Assembly (NCBI GenBank): GCA_032718475.1
Contig: JAUCBJ010005798.1
Span: forward strand, 1 to 52,749
Reading direction: 5' to 3'
Length of the DNA stretch: 52,749 bases
Source: Nemertoderma westbladi
Taxonomy: Eukaryota; Animalia; Xenacoelomorpha
The position numbers and the translations under genes were made by a program. This document shows, piece after piece, positions 1-10,600 of this stretch; positions within the stretch are counted from its first letter, which is position 1; every line of letters starts with the position of its first letter. Below the pieces are notes generated by a model. It was given only the letters and a program-made list of their open reading frames with translations. It was not told where the DNA came from and ran no database searches.

Positions 1-77
1 GTATCATTCGTTGGGCTTTGGGCTTTATACTATACAATAATATTAGGCACACAGCTTGGCAAAACACAAAATACGAT

Positions 78-328
78 GGGATCGAACTGGGAACCCCCGG
101 GTTGGAAATTTGAAGCCATCTCGGCGAATTAATATTCCTCAATGTTAAATTATCAATTTAGGGAAAGGAGCAGGTTACAGATGAACGTTATTCTAACCAA
201 AAAATGAACTTTAAGTCAAAGGTTACAGTTTTATTTTTGGGTGTAATCAGCTGTTATTTGAGGCGATTTTCCCCAGGAGAGGGATTAATTTTGTCCCCCC
301 ATCTGAAGATTTGACGCTCTAACCATTC
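78..328 (-). mobile_element. Degenerate tRNA-derived SINE head, split by a ~180-bp dispersed repeat
   Basis: GGGATCGAACTGG (78-90) is the reverse complement of the B box, and TGACGCTCTAACCATTC (312-328) of the A-box region, of the SINE head at 561-626. Confidence 0.4.
128..298. repeat. Dispersed repeat family; other copies near 17590-17670, 29677-29853, 52611-52740
   Basis: 128-298 matches the reverse complement of 29677-29853 (AAAATTAATCCCTCTCC..GGGGAAA..CAAATAACAGCTGATT..AAAAATAAAACTGTAACC). Similar blocks recur at the other positions. Confidence 0.65.
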
Positions 329-560
329 TTTAGTACTAACTGTAGTATGACTGTTAGAGTGTATAATTAATCATTGTGGCCGTGATGGTTAATATGACTA
401 GACTACCCTTTCAGTGTAGCGAGTTGTTAAAGACGGCCAAGTACTGTAGGGTTGAGCACAGTGGCAGCATGATGGTATTAAAAGATTGGTTGCCATGAGG
501 AGGTAAATTGCGGAGATACAAGGTATCGGATAGTATTTCCAGGTCTATCTTTTTACCTGA

Positions 561-626
561 GCCGCTAGCTGAATGGTTAGAGCGTCAGACTTCCATCTTG
601 GAGGTCACCAGTTCGATCCCACCCGG
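561..626 (+). mobile_element. tRNA-derived SINE head or tRNA pseudogene
   Basis: Pol III A box TAGCTGAATGG and B box GTTCGATCCC with tRNA-like spacing. The acceptor stem does not close properly, and a related reversed copy lies at 78-328. Confidence 0.55.
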
Positions 627-949
627 AATTACAAAGCTGTGTCCAAAGAAAGTTATAATAAAATATGAAATGAAACAATAACTCATTCCCCAAAGCACCA
701 ATATTTAATCCAATAATAAATTATAAAAATATTAGGGCCTTCTAAACAACAGGCCTTAAGGCTACTGGTAACTGTGTAGGGATGGAGGATAATTAGAGCA
801 CGAATTAATCACCAAGATTTAAAAATATGTGATTTTTTACTTTGCCAAAAGAGTCAAATTTGATTCTACCGGTGCAGTACGTTATTCTAAAGATTCCAAT
901 TCAAGATGCGAAAGCCGGGATAGATTATTTTCGGGTAGATTGCAACGCT

Positions 950-2188
950 TAATGTAAACACTGTCAATAGTTTTCTGGGCGTCGACCATTTTAAACAAGT
1001 CACTAGTGCATTCGGAAAGTTGCGCGAATATCTATCTGTTCTTAATCTTGATTCTTAATTCTTATCCATGTTAACTTTTAGATATAAATTTGTGTTAATT
1101 TGTTTGTAAAACTTTGCAAGAAATACATGTGAAAGGAACTGGTCGTAAACAATAGGGGTCATTGGTGTTGCCTTTCTTAAATATAGGTACTATGAATGCT
1201 GAGTGCCAAATAGTCGGCGATAAGTGCGTCAAAAAAGAAACATTAAAAATAATAAACAATAGAAAGAGGGCCCTGCTAACTCACACGAAAGTTTGTGAAG
1301 AAGAACAGTCCGGTGTGCTGCTAGATGTGGGTTTCAGCTTACGCAACATGGCCAAAACGGCAGCGGGATTTAAATTCACTGAACTGATAGAAGAACCATT
1401 AAAGAGTGGAATATTCGGTAAAATTTGATATCCATTGTAAATCTTTAAGAGCAATCCGTGAAAAATATCATTTTATGTTTTGTCGAATATAATCATCTCA
1501 CCATCATGTTAAAGGCCGCGAATCCAAGCCCTACATACGCCTATAGAATTAACATTTATTTGAATACATAGTGTGTTATGATTTACAAGAGTTAAGAATC
1601 TTACTTTCGGCATGAAAAGTTCTTTCGGCTCCCCTGTGTGCCGCTTTCTTTGGAGGCCAACTTAGCGCCAAGTTTGTATTTGTTGATACGGCTATGGGTG
1701 GGTCTGCGCCGCCACAGCCGCTTTTTCATGTTCTGTAAATTACGTACAGGGTGCAACTTCACAAATTTCCTAGTATATCATTGACACAGTATATATTATA
1801 TATTGATAAACAATAAAAAATTCGCTGTGAAATATAAAATTATTTAAATAAATAGAAAAACCAACATTATCGGAATTTTTAAAACCAATATACAAATCTG
1901 AATAGGGTGGATCCGTACCATTTTGACAGACATCACTAACGTAGACAGAACTACAGTATGGTCGCTTTTGGAGAACGGTTGGTAAGTAAAAATATCAGCA
2001 ACAATAGGGCCTAATTGATTCAAAAATACTTGGACTAACACATTACCTAAATAGGTGGGCATGAGTTGTAATTGAGAAAGGCCATTTTCCAAAAAACAAT
2101 TAGAAAAAGTATTATAACAAACAAAGAGAGTCTGGGTGGGAAATTATATAATCAGGCAGGTTGCTATCCCATGTAATAAAACAGACCT
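950..2188 (-). mobile_element. Old CR1-type LINE ORF2 relic, 3' part (endonuclease end and start of RT)
   Basis: Minus-strand translation gives LLFIIFNVSFLTHLSPTIWHSAFIVPIFKKGNTNDPYCLRPVPFTCISCKVL (about 1110-1265), QLSECTSDLFKMVDAQKTIDSVYI (about 950-1025) and the APE-end motif PTYLGNVL..PFSKSDHTVV (ORF 1844-2092). Many stops and frameshifts. Confidence 0.75.
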
Positions 2189-3358
2189 TGTTCGCGCTTT
2201 TAGACCTTTAGCAGTTTAACCTGCCAAATTTAGGTGTCTTCTAGGTTATAAATCGACTTTAGCCTATAACAAGTATTTGATACACATAAAGCTACATTAG
2301 CCGAAGCCAGCCTATGCGCGATCATTCACCCACGGTTTAGGGAGACTGGATTCGGATGCTCTGACCTTATTGCGGTGTAGGCTTATTGTACTATTAGATT
2401 GATCGTTAATATATAATCTCTGACAAATATTATTCACTTTCGGGAAATATTAACAGTTCCTTTAGGACGTGGCGCTCTAAGTATGTAAACAGAGTTATGA
2501 CTTACACTAAACACAACGGGATGGCTAATGATTTACGTATAAAGCGCATTCTTTAGGAAATGCTTTGTTATCTATCACACTCATGCACACTACCGCACAC
2601 TGCTGCACACTGATCTGCCGACCTTCACTAATTTTAATCATATATAAGGAGAACAGCAACTGACACATGTAGGGCCTATGAAATAGCATTCAATTCACTC
2701 CAAAACCACTATAATGTAAGTCGCAATTGCTATATGTAACCGGTCTCTCTAACCTTCAGTATATCAAGAAGATCGGGGTTTTATGATTATTTATCGATAT
2801 TCTCCAAATATAACAGCATTCCATCAACTAATAACAATTAATAACCGACAGTAAATAGCAGTAAAATAATGTGGTGAAAGGTATGTATAGTATGATATGG
2901 GCTGATAACAGTTATACGTTTCTATGATCAAAGCCGTTCTAATGTTTGGCTAAAGTCTGAAACACAGAATAATTCCACAGCCGATGTTCTAGGCTCAGGA
3001 AAAAAGGTAAACAAAGACCATAATGCATTGCGCGATTTCCCGGAGGCTTCTGTGCAAATAAAATGAAAATCGCTCTGATTGGTCGAGTGAGTGAGCCTGA
3101 ACAAAGAAAGCCAAAAGCTCCACGTCGACATATCAGCTGATAGATGTCGTCATCAGAACTACACTGTATTAAGAGTATTTTGGCGTATTGCGGCATAAAA
3201 TGGCTTGTTATGTCCGCTAAAGTACACATACAGAAAAATGGCTTTTTATGTCCACTAAAACACCTACACAGTAAGAAAACGGCTTTTTATGTCCGCTAAA
3301 ACACCTACAGAGTACTTTGCAGGGAAAATGACTAGCTAGATCCGCAAAAGCCTTTACA
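2189..3358 (-). repeat. 3' LTR of the BEL/Pao element
   Basis: Colinear with 15134-16303 at offset 12945; about 15 substitutions counted by eye (~1.3%). Contains three TTATGTCC(G/A)CTAAA repeats and a minus-strand CCAAT box in the putative U3. Confidence 0.95.
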
Positions 3359-3366
3359 CCGCTCCC
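3359..3366 (-). promoter_or_regulatory. Polypurine tract (plus-strand primer site)
   Basis: Minus strand reads GGGAGCGG immediately before the TGTAAAGG start of the 3' LTR. Confidence 0.6.
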
Positions 3367-4844
3367 AGAAAATGGGATTTAATTCTATAAAATATAAAAA
3401 ATCACAGTTTCTAAAATATAAAAATACTCTAAACAGTTAGTCTTTCTTGCGCGGACGGCGTTTACGCAGTTTTTTGAGGCTAACAAGAGTCCTTTTTTCT
3501 TTGGGGCGAGCCACTTTACTAGGAGGGCTATAACTCCTGGGTGAAGGGTGCAATACAATTGCATCAGAAGGTTTAGGATTACGGTCGGTGTATCCGCCGG
3601 TCGAGGTACCTGGTTGATCGATATCAACCTCAGTGGAGCGAGGTCGAACGGCCTTTAGAGCGCGTTTCAGGATAGCAGCTCTTACTGGTCCCTGACGAGT
3701 CGTTTGCACGAGAGCGGTAGGTGGACCGTGTGTAGTGAGAAATTTCCTCGGTTTGATGATTCTTTCCAACTCGCATTCTCGGGCTCTATCGGGATCGATA
3801 TGCTTCTCCTCGAGCTGATTTTCCTCCGCTTGTCATTGAAAGCATTCGTCCATACTCTTGCAGAAAGTAGGGTCGTCCAAGTTCGATATCTTCTTAGAGA
3901 TTCCGGATTTCCTGATCGAACTGAAATAAAGCTAATTCGTTTACTGCTTGGACTTGCTGCTGCAATTTACGTTTCTCTAAACAATTGAAGGTTCCTTTTC
4001 TGATCTTTTGACGAATAGTGTCCGATGCGTTTCGTACAACTCTCTCCTCCACCTCGGTGACAGGTTGTATCGGGTTAAACCGCGACGATGATACGGTTGA
4101 ATGGCGATATTAGATGTCCGCGTCCCAATCCGACTAGGTAAGATGGGTGAATATTTAGGGAGCCCACAACCGGAGTACCACCGACTAATTGTTTGGGTAA
4201 CACTAGATCTTTGAACAGTGAGTACAGTTCGGGAGGATCCGTGATACTATTAGGATCAAGAGTCTGAGGTCTCACCAGGGAGTGAGGAGGTCTGACCGAG
4301 CATTCCGAAACTCCCATAAGTATAGCGAGTAAAACTGTGTTTAGCACAACGTCTCCGCGGATGTTTATGTCTTTCCGTTTGTTGGTTGGGTCTTGGGCAT
4401 TCATCGCAATAATACCAAAGACGCAGGTCTTGTAGGGGAAACGCGGGTGATCTTTCTTTAGTTTTACAATGTTTCTCTCAAGAATTCCAAATATACATTG
4501 GAGTCACTGCGTTTATCCGGTTCTTTAACGTCTTCTCTTTCAAGTCGATTTCGAATAGAATTTTCGCAATCGATTCTCAGTTTATCGTTCTGACTCCGCT
4601 GGGTATGATATTTAAATAGGACTATTTCCCTTTCGGTGTCGACATCGTCCGTATCGTGTAAATCGATAGGATGACCAGTAGTTAAGAAGTCCATATGCGT
4701 ACCATTACGATGCGTATAGCGAGCAGTGAATTTTCTATAGTCCAATTCACGCGTAAGTTGCTCCTGGGACATCGGCGGTTCGATATAACGACCACCGTCC
4801 TCCGTAGTAGTTGGACTAGCGTCGCCGCGTATTAAGCTATCAAC

Positions 4845-5847
4845 GGTATTACTACACCTTGGGTCACACCTGACAAATTTAATTATAAGCATGTTTTATA
4901 GTGTTTTAAGCGTACTGTAACAATAGTAATTGAATTCTAGAATGTTTTATATTTATTATAACCACTTGCACAAAGTGCATAACTTAGTCTTAGTCTATGA
5001 CTAAGATAGTGGATTGGCAAAATTACATTAGAGAGCTGTTCGCAAAAGACAAAGATAATGCTGAGCTAATGGGGGGAGTTGGGGAAACAGTACAAATCGA
5101 TGAATCATTGTTTCGTGGAAGAAGAAAATATAAACGTGGGCGAAGACTTCTAGGAGATGTACCTTTCAAAAAGCGTAATCGAAAGATAAAACATAAGGTT
5201 GTAGGAACTAGATCTAACAATTATGGTACTATGGTTGTTGGACCCTGGATTTTTGGCATAGCTTGGAAGCGACCGGATCGAGAAGTAGATGTTAGAATGT
5301 TCATAGTTAAAAGAAGGAACATGAGAACCTTGCGTCCGATTCTAGAGAGCAATGTCAAAGGTGGTACAACGATATTTAGCGACGAATGGGCTGCATACTG
5401 CGGCAAAACTGTTGGGATAACTAGCAAACGTTTTCCATGGAAAGCCTGTGACGGTAGCGGTAAATACTTCCACAAACATGTAAACCACAGTAAGAAGGGG
5501 CGTGGTAGATTCGTAGACCAGATCACCGGAGCGAACACGCAACTTATAGAAGGATTATGGGGACATGCCAAACTTATGATAATGAAGCAACGGAAAGGCA
5601 CTAGATTGAATTTACTTCAAAGTCACCTAGATGAGTATCTGTGGAGGATGCTTCACAAACGTTCACCGTTTAACGACCTTATTGAATTAGTAAAGCAAGA
5701 GTATCCAATTAACTAACTCTTAATATACATTCTAGAACAATTATCTATTTATTAATATACATTGTAGAACAATATTAGTATTCTTAAATAACCTATTTAT
5801 GTATTAAAAAAAAAATTCGTAGGTGTGACCCAAGGTGTAGTAATACC
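4845..5847 (+). mobile_element. Merlin (IS1595/ISXO2-related) DNA transposon
   Basis: Perfect 27-bp TIRs GGTATTACTACACCTTGGGTCACACCT (4845-4871, 5821-5847) and 8-bp TSD CTATCAAC (4837-4844, 5848-5855). Confidence 0.93.
4997..5716 (+). CDS. ISXO2-like/Merlin DDE transposase catalytic domain, N-terminally short
   Basis: Motifs TVQIDES, WIFG, TIFSDEWAAY, HVNHS, NTQLIEGLW, LQSHLDEYLWR. No N-terminal Zn-ribbon region visible. Confidence 0.9.
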   Translation: MTKIVDWQNYIRELFAKDKDNAELMGGVGETVQIDESLFRGRRKYKRGRRLLGDVPFKKRNRKIKHKVVGTRSNNYGTMVVGPWIFGIAWKRPDREVDVRMFIVKRRNMRTLRPILESNVKGGTTIFSDEWAAYCGKTVGITSKRFPWKACDGSGKYFHKHVNHSKKGRGRFVDQITGANTQLIEGLWGHAKLMIMKQRKGTRLNLLQSHLDEYLWRMLHKRSPFNDLIELVKQEYPIN

Positions 5848-6743
5848 CTATCAACAAACGCTTGCAACGGTAGAGTATATCGCTCCCTGATACCAAGATC
5901 ATCTTATATCAACTCAGTCATAGCTGCTATATGAGTTTATCAATATTATAATTAGTTATAATTAGGCTAGCGGGCGTCGCTGCCTACCCCTCACGGCCCC
6001 CGGACAGCGCAAGATCCTCAGCGCTGATGTACTGTCGCCGCTGTGCCTATCGCCAACATAGTAGCTGCACAACGACAATAACAACCAGTGCGAGTCACTC
6101 CACTGTCCGTCCCAAGGGCTAAGATTTACTTCAGGTTCTTACTGCAGAGTTAGGGCTACTTTCACAATTGCGACTCGCTACTGTAAACACACTATAGTAG
6201 TAACATTCACCTATAAACGCACAAATTCCACACAACTGTCACAAACCACACACATTCGGGCCATTTGTCCGTTAGTCAAGTGCCTTCCAGAATGCCACGT
6301 TATTATTGGGTATCCTTGGATACTAGCAGTGTGCCATTTATTCCTTATGCTATTCAATGGGGCAAGCCTTTATTGTTCTTTTAACTCACTTCTAATTCTA
6401 GCGTGGTTGTTGCCATGGTGACATTATGGAAAGCTAGCAGTAGAATTAGGGTAATTCTCATGCATACAGATCTGGGATGCTATTTAATAGTAATTCTTTA
6501 ATTGTCAATATTCCTCTTTATACATGATTTTATGAATTTTATCGGCGATTGACTATATATTGGAGATTCTCACACACTAATATACTTAATAGGGTGAATC
6601 TCCGCTCCCATGATCTATTAATTAATGGAATTTTGGGAATGTTATAAATTGTATAGAAATGACAATTTATCAAATTCATTAAAAGAGATGAATTTAAATT
6701 TATTCCCGTAAATTTTATTATTTAATATTAAAATAGACACAAT

Positions 6744-7072
6744 TTTATTCCAGAACATGTCTGGGGACTGGGATCCTGAATTCTAGGAAATTTGTCCTTT
6801 TAAGAGTATCGGTAAGTGCTACGATATCTTAATCGACTAGAATTTTAAAGGATCTAAATTTTAACAGATTTTGATTTATAGATTTTCTAGAGTTAACTTG
6901 TAAGTATTTACACTATTGTATTTGTTTGACAGATTTTATAAATATTAATAGTTTATATTTAAGATGGGCACCGGTTTATTCCAGAACTTGTCTGGGGACG
7001 TTAACCACTGATTCTAGAATTTGTCTTTCAAGTATATCGGTGGGTGCCGCGATATCTTAATCGACTAGAATT
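6744..7072. repeat. Two diverged ~100-bp direct repeats with hairpin potential (6744-6844, 6975-7072)
   Basis: Shared TTTATTCCAGAAC.TGTCTGGGGAC...ATTCTAG...TATCGGT..GTGC..CGATATCTTAATCGACTAGAATT. Confidence 0.75.
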
Positions 7073-7628
7073 ACAGATGGTCAAAGGGTTTAACATTTTT
7101 ATTTTGCGTTTTACGCTACTGTTAAAGGGACATCATGCTACTATATGTATTATTTAATATACGGTATGAGAGCAATATCGCAAGAAGCAATGTCAGTGAG
7201 AAGAGGCAAGTCGTTTCCAAGGTCTACCCAGAGCTTGGTTTAGCCGAGACACGAGGATCTGAACTTTGCATTCCTAATACTCTACTTACCAATAATACTT
7301 GAATATAGTAGGAGCTTTATTGTACTTTAATAAGTACGGACATTTCATCTTACTGTAGTCACGTATTTATAATATGATACGGACAGTAAGGAAAGAGAAA
7401 AGAATTATTTCTCGCCATCGCACTAAATATATAATATAATATAAGTAAGTAATAAGACTAATATATATTGCACTAATCTACCAAATAATCGCTAAAATAA
7501 CATTCTACTAAATAAAATTAAAGAAAACGATTATAATAAAATTACATAATAATACATACATAAATATAAAATAATAAAAACAAATATAAAATAATATAGT
7601 CGCACACCCACTCCCACTCCAGACGCTG

Positions 7629-10600
7629 TTACGTTGGGGAGTCCCTAGATGTTTGTTGGATTAGGGAGGTTGTCGTGGGAAGAGTATCTTGCCTTCCATA
7701 GTTTCCGGAGAGTTCTCTATCTCTTTCCAGTAAACATAAACGACCAGCTGGGCGATTGAGTTGTTGTGTTTCGAATACAATTCCAGGTTTCCTCTTCGTC
7801 CTGGAATAGTGACGATAGAAACATCGCTTCAAATACACGACGGCCTTACAAAGCCGATTCCAGGATCTATAGTGGTCCATCGCTCCCGGCAGGAGAGGTG
7901 AGAGTCCCTGCGAGACGTCTGGTGTTCCAGATCTCCAGTCTCTCTCTCTGATCTCCACAACAGATCTGTTCGCGGTGGGGGAGTTTAGATCCACAGCGTC
8001 GTCCCTGGCAATGTGTAGTACAGACAGATCTATCACGGGTTTAAATAACCTTGATTTACTCGTCCGGGTTTTAGGTTTGACATTCTCCGCTCCCTTGGCT
8101 TGTCTAATCTCAGCCATGGTAAGATGGGGAGGCCATTCATCTTCTTTACTTAGGAAGTCGGGTCCACCTAACCAGTCTGGAGTATCTGTCAGTTCTTGAG
8201 GAGTTGCTCCTCTGGAAGCGATGTCGGCTAGATTAATCGTCTCGGGGCAATGTCTCCATTGATCTACATTAGAGTTAATATCGTCATTATCTGAGGAGTA
8301 TGGGGTTCCCTCAGGTGGGTCGTCTCCCTCACTGGTCTCATCTTCCCATTCACTCACCTGGTAGACTCTTTCTTTGGGTAGCCTTTCCATGAGAGTTCTA
8401 CGGGAAGGTCCAGTAAAGTACCAACCTACTCTAGTTCTTCTCGCATAGGTTTGTAGTGGTTGCGGTTGAGCAGGCCATTTCTCCAATGTCTCAAGCGCCT
8501 CATGCACATTTTGGCCGATGAGTATTTGTACTCCAGGGTAGTCTGTGTTGAATCTAGGTATCTTATGCTGTTGGGTGAAATTGTCCTCATCCCAGTTATA
8601 AAGTTCCGCTTGGCTGGTGGTAGCGAAGTTCTTTATCGCCACCATTTTTACTGACCTTATACTGTGATTTCCTAGTTCATCCTGGGGGGTGGACAACGCA
8701 CCTACATAATAGTCTGTAGTTACTGTAGATTTCCAAACCTGCATAATTCCTGACATGTTCAACTTAGTTCGGAACTTTGGTTGTCCAGCAAAGATGTCTT
8801 CGGCTAGTTCTTTGTCGATGAATGTTCCTGTGCTGCCGGAGTCAAGGAGGGCGTTCACTATATAGCTCTTTGCTGGCCCGTGGAATCTCAACTGCACTAC
8901 GGGAAATTCTCGGATTCCTACGTTGGAAGTTGGTGCTTTCCAAGATTGTTGTCTGTCAGGAGTAGTTAGGGGGAGCTCACTCTCGGTTTCCTTCTCATAC
9001 GTAAGTGCTCAATACACTGCGGTATTTATTAGGTAACAGGATTCGTTTTCGTCGGAGAATTCATCCGTATAGAATCCTTCCATCTCAGAACTTTGGTCAG
9101 TGTCGTTCACATCACTGAATTGGACATGTAGTTTGGACTCACTTACCTGACTCGGACTGTTTCTTTCGAATTCAGTGTGCAACAAGATATGATGTTTCGC
9201 GCCGCACTTAGCACACCTTGTGTCGGAGTAACAGGTTCGCCGTTGGTGTCCCTGTCTGAGGCAATTATAACACAACCGCTTATCCCACATGACTTCACGT
9301 CTATCTTTTAGAGATTTCTTTAAAAATTAACCACACACACTTAAACGGTGGGGCCCGTCGCACAGCGCACACTTTGGTTTGATGTTACTTACTTTACCTG
9401 GGGCAACGTTGTGCACTCTCGTTCTTTCCTCGGGCTTTCTTCCGTGAACTCTCTTAGGAGACGTAGGAGGAGTTTTTGTTACCTGTTCTCTCCTGTCATT
9501 GGTTCGAGACTTAAATTTACTTACGTCTTTAGGCTCTTTGTTGACATAGTAAGATCTTTCAGTGTCTTTCCCGCTGTCCTCCTCTTGAGAAGCCTGGCTT
9601 TCGCCGTCGTCGGTATAACACACTGGTGTTACCTTTCTCCTAGAAACGGGTTTCTCACTTACCTTATTTTCCGGTGTCTTCTCTCTGGACTGCTTTAGGA
9701 GCTGTAATTTTACCTCTCCATCTAGGAATGACATGAGATCAGCCATGGTAGGGTCTCTTCGTTGTTGTTCCATCATATATAACACTTTCTTATCCCAGCG
9801 TGTACCTACTCCACCCTTTGGTAAAGTAGATGCTACGGCTCCAATAACCATAGAACTCTGATATTCATGAGACTTACCTAGCCAATCTAATTGTCTACAG
9901 ATCTCCTGAATCTCATCGGAAAACTCTATAATCCCGCTGCTAATGAACTTTCGGGGCGCTACCAATTTCGCATACAAATACCTAGCTATGTTATTCCTAT
10001 TACCATACCTGATGTTTAGTGTATTCCAAACTTGTCTTAATCCATCTGGATGTCCAATAAACTTTAACGCCATTAACTTGGGAGATCCTTCCAAGCACTC
10101 GATGAGGAATCTAAGTTTCTCTCCGTTAGATAGCACAGAGTTCTGTATGTTATCTTTATAATATTCATTAAAAGGTAACCATTTCATCTCATCTCCATTG
10201 AACTTGACGATCTCTCCCACCTTTACCGCTTGACGGGCTTCGGTTCTAGCCTACTTTCCCTTACTGTTCCCTTGAACTGTTGAACAGTCTCCTGCATCTG
10301 CCCGAGCAGGAGATTCATCCCCCGCCGCCCCTCATCCACCCACTCGACTGCCGAAGCGGGAGCCGCCAACATAGTAGCGGGTAGATGAGGGACAACGGGC
10401 GACAAATCGTTGATATCTCGCTCGGAGTCCAGGACAGGAACTGTCTCAGGGGCTGTTCTGCTGGGCACAGGTAGTTTAGTGCTGTGCAAAGGGAATTTAG
10501 AGTTGGGTTCTGGGAGTACAGGTGTCTCTATCACCGAAGGGGTGGCTTCGAGAACAGGCCTAATTATTTCAGGCTCATCTACTATAGTAGGGAGTCTTTC

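Larger units (their letters stand above)
3437..5921 (-). pseudogene. Decayed extra ORF of the BEL element in the env position; SGNH/GDSL-esterase-like N half and basic C tail; interrupted by Merlin
   Basis: Removing Merlin and one TSD copy joins ATG 5919-5921 (MTELI*DDLGIRERYTLPLQAF) in frame to VDSLIRG... of ORF 4464-4892. It continues through frameshifts into 4075-4404 and 3437-3769 (ends KKLRKRRPRKKD). GC-richer than the flanks. Confidence 0.55.

Noticed and set aside
561-633. Functional tRNA gene
   Set aside because: Acceptor and anticodon stems pair poorly and a second degenerate copy lies nearby; better explained as a SINE head.
2928-3229. Short ORFs duplicated at 15873-16174
   Set aside because: They are duplicated only because they lie in the LTRs; no recognisable domain.
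4997-5716. Bacterial IS1595 contamination or horizontal transfer
   Set aside because: Eukaryotic Merlin elements share this domain, GG-starting TIRs and 8-bp TSDs, and this copy is cleanly integrated in a metazoan retrotransposon.
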